Position numbers and translations under genes: made by a program
Notes under the pieces: generated by a model
Told to the model about the DNA's origin: nothing
The model's input: the letters and a program-made list of their open reading frames with translations, nothing else
The model's database searches: none
Assembly (NCBI GenBank): GCA_965178125.1
Contig: OZ237751.1
Location: 868,001-932,000 of the forward strand
Source: Bilabrum cf. latius
Lineage: Eukaryota
Direction of reading: 5' to 3'
DNA length: 64,000 nucleotides
In this document: positions 11,859 through 22,789 of the stretch, piece by piece
Layout of the letters: each line of letters opens with the position of its first letter
Position numbering within the stretch: position 1 is the stretch's first letter

Positions 11859-14800
11859 TCATCCCAGCATAGACTGCATTCTACGAGCAGAAATAGACCC
11901 GCGAGCCTAGCCAGCCCTATCCATTCTGTTCAACTTGAAGCCCAAGCCCGAGTCCAGAGCTGCCCGCCGCCCCGCCGCCGTCTCCAGGCCAGCCAACCCG
12001 AGCCCGACAAACGTCCCCGGTCTCCCCAACGCCCTGGCCCTCTTCTTCTCCTCCTGCTCCCGCATCGCCCTGGCGTGCTCGGCCAGGCTAGACTTGCTTG
12101 GGACCCCCCTCGCCCTCTCACTTATGCCCCTATTGGAGCCATGACCCCCACTACCAGTACCAATGCCAACGTCCCGGTTGCCAACTCTCCTTTGCATACC
12201 ACCTGAGGCTGTCTCAACGGCAGACCGAGCCGCGTGACCCACCCGCGCACCGGCCCCCTCGTCGCCCACGAGGGAGGCAGATGGCCTCGACGACCCTGCC
12301 GCTGCACGACGCCGCGCAGTTGGTAGCGGAGCATGTAGGCCGGCAGTTGCGTCTTCAGTCTCGCGGTCGTCGGCTCGATTGGTTCGCGGGTGCACTGCAC
12401 GGTGGTGCATCGGTCTGTGTTGGCTGTCCCTCCCAGGTGCGGCGACCTGACCCGCGCCAGCCCGGTCTTGCGTCGGGGTGCGGCTTGAGTGCCCGCGGTT
12501 ATCCTGCTTGGCCCCTTTGCCTTTGCCACCTGCTGCCGAGTCCTGCCGGGCATCCCCGATGACCGCTTGCTGCAGCTGCAGCCCGACCCGCCGCAACAGC
12601 GGATCAGCCCTCAGAGCCTAGAGCACCTCCTCCTCTCTCTGAGACGGGCCAGCAGCACTACCATGCAGTGCACCTGGTTCAATCGTCACACCATTGCCCC
12701 TGATGGTTTCGGCTCCGAGTCCCATGGCTGCCAGGTCGCTCATCGCTGCCAAAGAGGGCAACGGCAGCCGGTGCAGTAGGTCGTTGGATCCACCTGTGGA
12801 CTGCAAACCTGTCAATGAGGGGCTGCCATCCCGTGACTCAGCCTCGTTATGCCCTACTTCTGGGCTACTCCTCTGCAGGATGGATCGGGCGGGCCCCCGT
12901 ACCACGCTGTCGCTGGCCAGGCGACACGCCGATACCGCCCCTCGCAAGCGGGCCATCAAGCCCTGCGGAAGCACTGGTTCCTCTCCACCACCCGCACCTG
13001 GATACATCTCGCCTTGCAAAGCGCAGCAGTGCACTGCACCCATCAGCATCCTCCAGAGCGCCGGCCAGCTGATCCTGTGTCTGCATGCCTGCGCCCGCAG
13101 GCACAGGCCCTCCGCCATACGGCACAGTCGCCGCCTGTCCCGCGGATCCAATTCAATTTTAGCCTCGGCTTGTGAGGCTTTGCCAGCCCCGGGGTCCCCC
13201 CTGGGTTCCTTTACACGCGGCTCCTTGGAGCGGGGGCGGCCTTCCGGCTCACGGCTGTGTGGCTCGCGACCTGCATCACTGTGCATTGCGGCGGCTGGTT
13301 TCGAGTTGCTGTGGGGGAGAGGGAGCTATGGGGGACATGGGCCTGACTGTTGCCTTGCGAGCGCCATGGCTCCAGTGTCGGCAGCTGCCACGCGACCTCG
13401 AAGCTATTGCGAGCCGGTTGCTGCGCCGACTGAACGAGTAGAGTCCAGCCCGGCATTGCTAGACCCCTCCCCTCTTGGCCTGCCTCGATGCAGATCAGCG
13501 CTGCGGTCTTCTCGCTTCCCGGGAATGGCTCTGTGGTGTCGCTGGTGCCCTGATCGGTGGGCACTAGGCTTGGGGGGTGGTGCTGCGGGCATCGCACTGG
13601 CGCGAGCTGCGACTGGCTTGTCGCGCTCACTCGTGCCCTGCAGCAGCACGTGCACCGGGGGCCCGTCGGGCCCGGGACTAAGCCGATTGGAATTCTCATC
13701 AAACTGAATTGGACCGTCTCTGGCATCTGATCGCGCGGATTTTCCCGTTTTGGATGGCACGCGACTACCTTGGTGGCGCTGCCTGACTCCCCTGCCAGGT
13801 GAAGATGAAATCTAGCTTGATCTCACTGGTGAATTTTCCTAATCCTGTGGAGCCTATCTAGCTGGACTGACGTAATCAGAATGAGCCTTGGATCGATCTC
13901 TTTGCGACATCCAGTGGCGCGTGCTAGGACTGCCAGGCAAATGCATGCTATGATGCCTGCCATCCCGGCTGTCGGAGCCCTGCTTGGACACTTGCATAGA
14001 TCGCTTGACGCGCACCACCTTTGGGCCAGATCGATGCGGAGCCTCTCTTGGCACCACCCGCCTCCGGCTGGGGCTACTGGGCTCCTGCCTGTACTCTCGG
14101 GCACTAGGCCGCCGAGGAGCTCTGCCATCAGGCACGGGTGGGCCGCCGCTGTCTCCCATTGCGACGTGCTGCCCCACCATGCCCTCATGCATGTTGTTGT
14201 TCCCCTGGCTACCATGAGGGCCACCGGACGGCGGTGGTGGTTGCTGCAGACGGGTGGAAGCATGTTGGCCCAGCTTGCTATCAGTATCCAATTCCTGTGG
14301 ACCCTCCGCACCCGTGGCGCGGCGGTGGCGCACGGTCACTCGCCGAACTCCACCGGTGGATTCATAGGCAAGGGACCGTTTGGACCGCTCTTGCTGCTTC
14401 TGCTCCGAATCACCGCCACTTCTTCTGCTGCTCCTATCGCGACTGATCTTCCGTTGCGTGCTTTCGTCATAGATGCCACGCCCATCCTGATTGCCACTGC
14501 CACTGCCCCGCTTGTCTGTTGGAACCCTGCCAGACACCCCATCACCATGACCACCGTCACCGACCTCCTCGCCAGCCTCATCCCGGGATCGACTCAGCTC
14601 GACGAGCACCTGCTCCAACTCGGCTACTGCACGGCTGGCCGAGGGTCTCCTAGTTCCGGCTTTGTCCAGCATGGCGTCGACCAGGCGGCACAGCTGCGGT
14701 GGGTGCCTGCCGGGGCCGTGCCCCGGCTGCAGGGAGGGGTGCGGCTTCTCCACGATCAGGCGGGTGAGGGCGTGGATGGAGGGTGCATTGAACGGCGGTG

Positions 14801-15578
14801 CGCCTCGCAGCATTTCCAGGAGCAGCACGCCCAGGGACCAAACGTCGGTGGCAGTGTCGTAAGGCCGTCCCAGGCACATCTCGGGGGAGAGGAAGAGAGG
14901 CGTGCCGAAGAATGTTTTAGCCATTACCGTGTGCTCGCTCAGCGGCCGACTGACCCCAAAGTCTGCCAGCCGAGCCACTACCTGGACGCTGCGTGGCAGT
15001 GGCTCGGTGTCACCGGCAGCGGCGGTGGGTGGAGGCCTGCCGGTGCGAGACGACGGGCGACCCGCAGATCCAGCGCGCGGCCATTCAATGGCGACAGCAT
15101 CCGCAATGTGGTCCGCTTCAGCTTCACAAAGTACAACGTTGAGACCTTTCACATCCCTATGGATGACACTCTTTGCATGCAAATGTTGCAGTGCGCGGGC
15201 GATGTGAAGACCGAATCCAACTGCGCACAGCTTGTCCATGCACTTTCCGGCTCTGGCGTACCCCTTGATGAGCCCCTACAAATCGCCAAACTCTGCCCAT
15301 TCCAAGACGACAAACACTTCTCGCTCAGTCGCACCTCGGAAGAAGCCGAAGCAACGGACGACGTTTCGATGCTGTAGGCCTGCAAGCAGCCGCGCTTCGT
15401 GCAAAACGTCATGACTAGAGCCAAGTTCGGCCGAGTATCGCCGCTTTAAGGCAAAAACTGCGCCATCTTTGCGGCGGCGGGCCTTCAAAATCGCTCCGGT
15501 AGTGGACGCATGAATTTCGGCGAGAACTACAAAGTCCGATAGGCGCCACGGCAACTCGCTCAGTTTGCCCGAACTCAT
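11859..15578 (-). CDS. NEK/NIMA-type Ser/Thr kinase, ~1239 aa, long low-complexity tail, TAG read-through
   Basis: FALK, HEARLL, HRNVV, EWAEFGDL[TAG]GLIK, HRDVKGLNVVL, LADFGVSR, GTPLFLSPE and DVWSLG. The kinase domain is split in the track only by TAG at 15276. The frame continues through further TAGs to TGA at 11859. Confidence 0.88.
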
Positions 15579-15703
15579 GCAGAAGCATTATCCTTGCAAA
15601 TATTACGTACCTCTTGCATTGTCAGTGGAAGCTTGACAGGCACGAACAACTAAATGCAAACGCAATCAACGGCTTTCTAGGTGAAGGTTCGCGGACGTCA
15701 CGG

Positions 15704-18700
15704 TCACCACCGCCTCATCCGCCGCGCGCTGGCAGATCTAGGCTTGGGCTTGGAGCTGGCTGGTGGCGGGGCCCCACCCTGCATCGCATCGATGACCTCC
15801 AATCCGCCGTCAGAGCTTGCGCGCCCGCCGGCGACCGTCCCCGATGCCCGTCTCACGCGCATGCCACGCAGCCATCCGCCACCAGCAGCAGCTGCACTTT
15901 CCCCGGGCTTCCTGAGCAACGACCCCTCCAGGAAATCATTGGTCTGCGGGATGACCCCGCCGCCCCTTCCCCGACTCATGGCTCGCCCCGCGCTCCGGGA
16001 CCGTCCTTTTCCAACCTCCCCATCCACCTTTTTCTCCTTCTCCTTCGCTCCACCAGGGGCCACGGCGGTGGCAGTGGGCAGAATCAGACCCAGTTCGATA
16101 TCGCCTCGGGCAGGACCATTTGCGCGGGAACGAGAACGAGAACGAGAATGGGACTGCGACCGCCCGGGGCCTCCTGGCTGGCGACTCACATGCCCGACGC
16201 TAGTGTTGAACGAGGCCTGTGCTCCGCGGGCCAGCGAAGCCGACAGTGCGGCAATATTTGCAGCGAGATCCCGTTCCGCCCCGCCATGGACACGCACTGG
16301 CCCTCGCCTGGATGCAGGCCCAGTAGAGGCAGACCGACGCACGGGCTTTGGAGCCGTCACCGGCATCAAGGCCTCGGGGGATGAGTCTTTAAACACCATG
16401 GGATCTGCTTTGCACACCAAGGCGCCCACACGAGGCGCCTGATCCGAGGGTGCATCGCCCGAGGACCACGCCACTGAAGTGCACCCATTCTTTATGAATG
16501 TGGACGTCTGATCATCCTTTCTAGCCTCGAGCTCGTCCATGGACGTGTTGCGGAACATGGCCCGCTGCTCGGATCCATCCCCGTCCACCCCACGCCCATG
16601 CCCATGCTCATCGTCGTCAGCCTCGAGCTCGTCCATGGACGTGTTGCGGAACATGGCCCGCTGCTCGGATCCATCCCCGTCCACCCCACGCCCATGCCCA
16701 TGCCCATCGTCAGCCTCGAGCTCGTCCATGGACGTGTTGCGGAACATGGCCCGCTGCTCGGATCCATCCCCGTCCACCCCACGCCCATGCCCATGCCCAT
16801 CGTCGTCAGCCTCGAGCTCGTCCATGGACGTGTTGCGGAACATGGCCCGCTGCTCGGATCCATCCCCGTCCACCCCACGCCCATGCCCATGCCCATCGTC
16901 GTCAGCCTCGAGCTCGTCCATGGACGTGTTGCGGAACATGGCCTGCTGCTCGGATCCATCCCCGTCCATCCCACGCCCATGCCCATGCCCATCGTCGTCA
17001 GCCTCGAGCTCGTCCATGGACGTGTTGCGGAACATGGCCCGCTGCTCGGATCCATCCCCGTCCATCCCACGCCCATGCCCATGCCCATCGTCGTCAGCCT
17101 CGAGCTCGTCCATGGACGTGTTGCGGAACATGGCCCGCTGCTCGGATCCATCCCCGTCCACCCCACGCCCATCGTCGTCAGCCTCGAGCTCGTCCATGGA
17201 CGTGTTGCGGAACATGGCCCGCTGCTCGGATCCATCCCCGTCCACCCCACGCCCATGCCCATGCCCATCGTCGTCAGCCTCGAGCTCGTCCATGGACGTG
17301 TTGCGGAACATGGCCCGCTGCTCGGATCCATCCCCGTCCACCCCACGCCCATCGTCGTCAGCCTCGAGCTCGTCCATGGACGTGTTGCGGAACATGGCCC
17401 GCTGCTCGGATCCATCCCCGTCCACCCCACGCCCATGCCCATGCCCATCGTCGTCAGCCTCGAGCTCGTCCATGGACGTGTTGCGGAACATGGCCCGCTG
17501 CTCGGATCCATCCCCGTCCACCCCACGCCCATGCCCATGCCCGTCGTCAGCCTCGAGCTCGTCCATGGACGTGTTGCGGAACATGGCCCGCTGCTCGGAT
17601 CCATCCCCGTCCACCCCACGCCCACGCCCATGCCCATGCCCATCGTCGTCAGCCTCGAGCTCGTCCATGGACGTGTTGCGGAACATGGCCCGCTGCTCGG
17701 ATCCATCCCCGTCCACCCCACGCCCATCGTCGTCAGCCTCGAGCTCGTCCATGGACGTGTTGCGGAACATGGCCCGCTGCTCGGATCCATCCCCGTCCAC
17801 CCCACGCCCATGCCCATGCCCATCGTCGTCAGCCTCGAGCTCGTCCATGGACGTGTTGCGGAACATGGCCCGCTGCTCGGATCCATCCCCGTCCACCCCA
17901 CGCCCATGCCCATGCCCATCGTCGTCAGCCTCGAGCTCGTCCATGGACGTGTTGCGGAACATGGCCCGCTGCTCGGATCCATCCCCGTCCATCCCACGCC
18001 CATGCCCATGCCCGTCGTCAGCCTCGAGCTCGTCCATGGACGTGTTGCGGAACATGGCCCGCTGCTCGGATCCATCCCCGTCCACCCCACGCCCATGCCC
18101 ATGCCCATCGTCGTCAGCCTCGAGCTCGTCCATGGACGTGTTGCGGAACATGGCCCGCTGCTCGGATCCATCCCCGTCCACCCCACGCCCATGCCCATGC
18201 CCATCGTCGTCAGCCTCGAGCTCGTACATGGTCGTACTAGGTTTTCCAATGCTGTACTATGGTTTTAGTGCCTTGAAACCTTCGGTGTCCGAATCCGTGG
18301 CGTTGTCTTTTCGATCGCGATTATCCATACTTGGAGACGTACACTTGAGCGTTGTCCCTTTTACTACGCGTGGGCTGACCCGCTCTTTGAACTTGGACTA
18401 GGAAAGGATACCCAACTCACTGCCCGCGTCGGTGAGGTGTCGAGGAGGGAGCAGCTGCGGCGATTGTCCGCTGGAGATCTCCATCGCCATGAATCGATCT
18501 GTCCTGCGGTGGTCGGGCCTTCGTTCATTCTAGCTATGAGGGGCCTTGACGTGGGTGCCAGTCGTGGGTTCAGACACACGGGATAATGACCTTGTGTCTG
18601 ACAGAGCCGAAAGCTCCCTTGATCGACCGCTGGGTACGTTTTGCTATGTCTGTTGCGTCGATGTGCTGATAGCCGTAGGCTAATGCCAACGGCCTGCACG

Positions 18701-21700
18701 CTCGTGCCCCTGCTCCTGCCCTCGACCATGCCCCCGCCCCACAGAAGCAGACCGATGGACTCCGTGATTAGCAACTGCACGCTCGTGCCCCTGCTCCTGC
18801 CCTCGCCCATTCCCCCGCCCCACAGAAGCAGACCGATGGACGCCGTGATTAGCAACTGCAAGCGCATGCCCCTGCTCCTGCCCTCGCCCATTCCCCCGCC
18901 CCACAGAAGCAGACCGATGGACTCCGTGATTAGCAACTGCACGCTCGTGCCCCTGCTCCTGCCCTCGCCCATTCCCCCGCCCCACAGAAGCAGACCGATG
19001 GACTCCGTGATTAGCAACTGCACGCTCGTGCCCCTGCTCCTGCCCTCGCCCATTCCCCCGCCCCACAGAAGCAGACCGATGGACTCCGTGATTAGCAACT
19101 GCACGCTCGTGCCCCTGCTCCTGCCCTCGCCCATTCCCCCGCCCCACAGAAGCAGACCGATGGACGCCGTGATTAGCAACTGCACGCTCATGCATGGCAA
19201 CAGGTGCAGCTTCCGTCACATGGGCTGCCTTGGGCTCATGCACGGCAACAGTTGCAGCTTCCGCCACATGGGCTGCCGCGGGCTCGTGCCTGGCAACAGG
19301 TGCAGCTTCCGTCACATGGGCTGCCGCGGGCTCATGCACGGCAACAGGTGCAGCTTCCGTCACATGGGCTGCCTTGGGCTCGTTCCTGGCAACAGGTGCA
19401 GCTTCCGCCACATGGGCTGCCGCGGGCTCGTGCCTGGCAACAGGTGCAGCTTCCGTCACATGGGCTGCCGCGGGCTCGTGCACGGCAACAGGTGCAGCTT
19501 CCGTCACATGGGCTGCCGCGGGCTCGTGCCTGGCAACAGGTGCAGCTTCCGTCACATGGGCTGCCGCGGGCTCGTGCCTGGCAACAGGTGCAGCTTCCGT
19601 CACGTGGGCTGCCACGGGCTCGTGCCTGGCAACAGGTGCAGCTTCCGTCACATGGGCTGCCGCGGGCTCGTGCCTGGCAACAGGTGCAGCTTCCGTCACA
19701 TGGGCTGCCGCGGGCTAGTGCCTGGCAACAGGTGCAGCTTCCGTCACATGGGCTGCCGCGGGCTCGTGCTTGGCAACAGGTGCAGCTTCCGTCACATGGG
19801 CTGCCGCGGGCTCGTGCCTGGCAACAGGTGCAGCTTCCGTCACATGGGCTGCCTTGGGCTCATGCACATGGGCTGCCGCGGGCTCGTGCCTGGCAACAGG
19901 TGCAGCTTCCGTCACATGGGCTGCCGCGGGCTCGTGCCTGGCAACAGGTGCAGCTTCCGTCACATGGGCTGCCGCGGGCTCGTGCCTGGCAACAGGTGCA
20001 GCTTCCGTCACATGGGCTGCCGCGGGCTCGTGCACGACAATTGGTGCAGCTTCCGTCACATGGGCTGCGGCGGGCTCGTGCCTGGCAACAGGTGCAGCTT
20101 CCGTCACATGGGCTGCCGCGGGCTCGTGCACGACAATTGGTGCAGCTTCCGTCACGTGGGCTGCCTTGGGCTCGTGCACGACAGGAGGTAGAATCCTCCC
20201 TTTACTACCGGAAGCGACTGCAATATTCAACTGTATCCCGTCGTGGTCGTCCCGCTACTCTGAGCCTGCAGCATCGCTGCGCTTGGAACGGCTGTCGCTG
20301 ACGTCCGAATCTAGGTCTAGGCTGACCTCAGGCACGTCTTGGAGTTCGATCTCATCCGACGAAACCAGGCCGTTGCAGGCCCCACCTTCTGGCTTTCTCT
20401 GGTTGTGTTCAGTCTCGCCTGCAGACGACATGCTGCTGTCAGTCTCGTGCTCCTCCGTTCTGGCGACAGTCTCATGCGCCCCCTCCTTCTCGCTAGCCAC
20501 CTCATCAGCGCGTGCAGGCGATTCGCACGGCGCATTGAACAGCGCGTCTTCGAAACTGTCGTTAGGGATCCTGCTCTTTGATCGCAGCTGCTTCGATGGA
20601 AATCCGGCGTCATTAGCGCCGCCAGTGCTTCCATTCCCACCTTCTCTCTACTTGTACTACTGTCCCTGCTCCTCATCCCCAGCGGGGAACTGAAAGTAGT
20701 CCTCCGAGGCGCCAGGGAGAATCGCCGGGTCATCATCGTCAATGGACGTGCGCGCCTCTTCGATGATGCTAGCAGAAGTGCCCCGAGTTTTGCGGCTCCT
20801 ATCGAGAGCCTCCTCGTCCGCGAACTGAAAAAACTCCTCCGAAGCACCGGGGAGTATATCCTCATCCTCATATTCGTCTGGATCAGCAGCATCCCCTGCT
20901 TCAACGAACTTGTGAAAGTCTTCATGTGCGCCGGGTAGCATCATGGGCTCCCCGTTCGGAGGGGCTGGCCTGGTGACGCCTGACACCCCCCCGCTACGGA
21001 CTCATATCTGTAATAAATGTTGTTACTATTTCACAAGGCTTCTTATCTTTTAATAAATCTTTTAAATGGTCTTTACACCTTGCTATGTAATAGGTTTGAC
21101 CTTCAAAATAGACGTTCCAGTTTATCCTTCTATAATAATCTTTCGGTTGTGTAGCTTTCAAGGTTCCATTTTCCCATTTTAATAATTCCATTCTGTATAT
21201 ACCTATAATAAATATATTTTTTAAGTCAATTTAAACGCTCTATAACAATTTAAAAATAAAAGCGCGTTTGTTCCATTTGTGAAGGTATAAGCGAGGATAA
21301 GGGGGTATAATGAAGGTAGTTTAGAAGGTTGAATAATGGAGTCCCATAAAGTGATGGAACTTTTGGCTAGAAAATGGCTAGAGTCCCATAACACCTTCAC
21401 AAGAGGGCTACATCCACGTTTTGCTAAATAATACATATACTAATACGCAATTTGTGGATATGGTCATCGTATAGAGTTTTATATATAATTGATTTTCTAT
21501 AATTAGAAGGATAAAGCAGTTATATGAAGTAGCAGTATGAAGAGGCTCACCTTGACTTTTGGAGCGACTAGCGAGAAAAGGAATGGAGAGAGGGAAGAGC
21601 TTTAGCTCTGACTGAACGTAATTATTGATGATGTTAATCATCCTTAACCGAAGGGAATAAATTTATTTATTACCGTAGCGGGGGGGTGACATGGCCGTGG

Positions 21701-22428
21701 TGCCTGAGGCAGCGGGAGCGGCGCTAGCAGCCGTGCCAGCGGAAGAGTAGCCCGGGGCCAGCTCGAGGGACCCAGACACGGAAGTGGACCCAAATCGAAG
21801 GTCTTGGGGCGCGTCAACTGGCGCAACCTCTTCGATTCCGGCTTCCTCGCAGCAGCCGCCCTGACACACCGCCACAGTGGACGCAACTGCAACCAAGGCC
21901 GCTGCGCATGTGCATGCCGCCACCGCAGCGAAGGCCGGGATATTCGCGTCACCAGCAGTAGTTTCCTATGAATCCTCGCAGTGTTTACAATCCGCTTCTC
22001 CGTACTGTCCCTAGTCCGCTTTGACTGTCTCGACGACAATGCTCATCGTGCGGCCACTTCTTAGGCTAGTCCCACCAGGTCGGTGAGCAGGTCCTCGCAA
22101 GCTACTTTCTATATGCTACACTTTACATGGTAAACGTTGGCTTTGAAGAGATCGGACTATCGTCGTGCCTGTGCAAACAGTATTGCTCAAATGTTGCGCA
22201 GATGCTGACGGTGCATCGTGCTGACACCTGCAGAATCAAACAAACATAACCAAACCAATGAATATAAATAGAGGATATGCCATACTGATGCAAGATCGAC
22301 AGCATGCTTGAAATCGCCGGGAGAATAGGGTAGGGCACGCGCAACAGCTACGTCAAGACTGTGGAACTTCCACGACAATGAAATAGCAGCTATACAAACC
22401 AGTTCTTAAGGATCAGTCCACATGTGAC
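15704..22428 (-). CDS. Large tandem-repeat protein of unknown function (~2000 aa), interrupted by the TIR element at 20986-21686; 5' exons uncertain
   Basis: ORFs 21663-21923 | 20657-20986, 20255-20500, 19715-20230, 18680-19699 and 15704-18229 form one frame with TAG read-through and removal of the insertion. TGA at 15704. Probable intron 22228-22285 (GT..CAG). All repeat-unit length variants are multiples of 3. Confidence 0.65.
16524..18225 (-). repeat. ~18 tandem units of 84-102 bp (mostly 96 bp) encoding MDELEADDDGHGHGRGVDGDGSEQRAMFRNTS
   Basis: Near-identical units starting gcctcgagctcgtccatgg; indels are always codon-sized. Confidence 0.97.
18696..19190 (-). repeat. 69-bp coding tandem repeat (~7 copies, HERAVANHGVHRSASVGRGNGRGQEQG-type unit)
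   Basis: Direct tandem units visible in the sequence. Unit length was estimated by eye and is approximate; the translated unit suggests about 81 bp. Confidence 0.85.
19190..20183 (-). repeat. 39-bp coding tandem repeat (~25 copies, HVTEAAPVARHEPAAA-type unit)
   Basis: Repeated unit ggcaacaggtgcagcttccgtcacatgggctgccgcgggctcgtgcct (48 bp as written; unit size and copy number are approximate). One unit carries GAG->TAG at 19715. Confidence 0.85.
20986..21686. mobile_element. 701-bp AT-rich mini element with 14-bp TIRs and 5-bp TSD, inserted in a coding exon (virophage/Polinton-like remnant or MITE)
   Basis: Left end CCCCCCCGCTACGG (20986-20999) is the exact reverse complement of the right end CCGTAGCGGGGGGG (21673-21686). 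TGACA is duplicated at 20981-20985 and 21687-21691. GC drops abruptly. Excision restores host frame ...TTAMS|GVTRPAP. Confidence 0.93.
20994..21191 (-). CDS. 65-aa AT-rich ORF inside the TIR element (probably a truncated viral-type gene)
   Basis: MELLKWENGTLKATQPKDYYRRINWNVYF... is protein-like, has AT-rich codon usage and is preceded by an AT-rich leader with AAATTGA about 40 nt upstream. It ends at a TAG inside the TIR. Confidence 0.5.
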   Translation of the reverse strand: MELLKWENGTLKATQPKDYYRRINWNVYFEGQTYYIARCKDHLKDLLKDKKPCEIVTTFITDMSP

Positions 22429-22789
22429 TTATGAATCATGTCTTTTGCGGATATAATGACGTAACACGGCTAACACTGCATCCATCCTACGTGTCAATCT
22501 ATTTTTCAACAGTATCAAAACAACTTTTCCAAGCGTTCAGCCGCTTGACTCTCGCAAAATGATGGCTACTGACCCCAGCTGGACCATTCTTACAAGAAAT
22601 AAGTTAGAATGAGTATCACAAAATACCGCATCAGGGACTCATCGAGGCTCTCAAAGACATGCGTCACTGTTGAGTGAAGAGCCCCAACTTGCGACCACAT
22701 TGACGCAAGCTCCGATCGCAAGAGTCTACAGAACGAGCGGTGCCTCACAGTGGACCTGCAAGCCAGCCTGGCCCAGGTGATTGGCACCG

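Noticed and set aside
16524-20183. CRISPR-like array
   Set aside because: Units are contiguous with no unique spacers, are codon-phased, and no cas genes are present; the context is eukaryotic.
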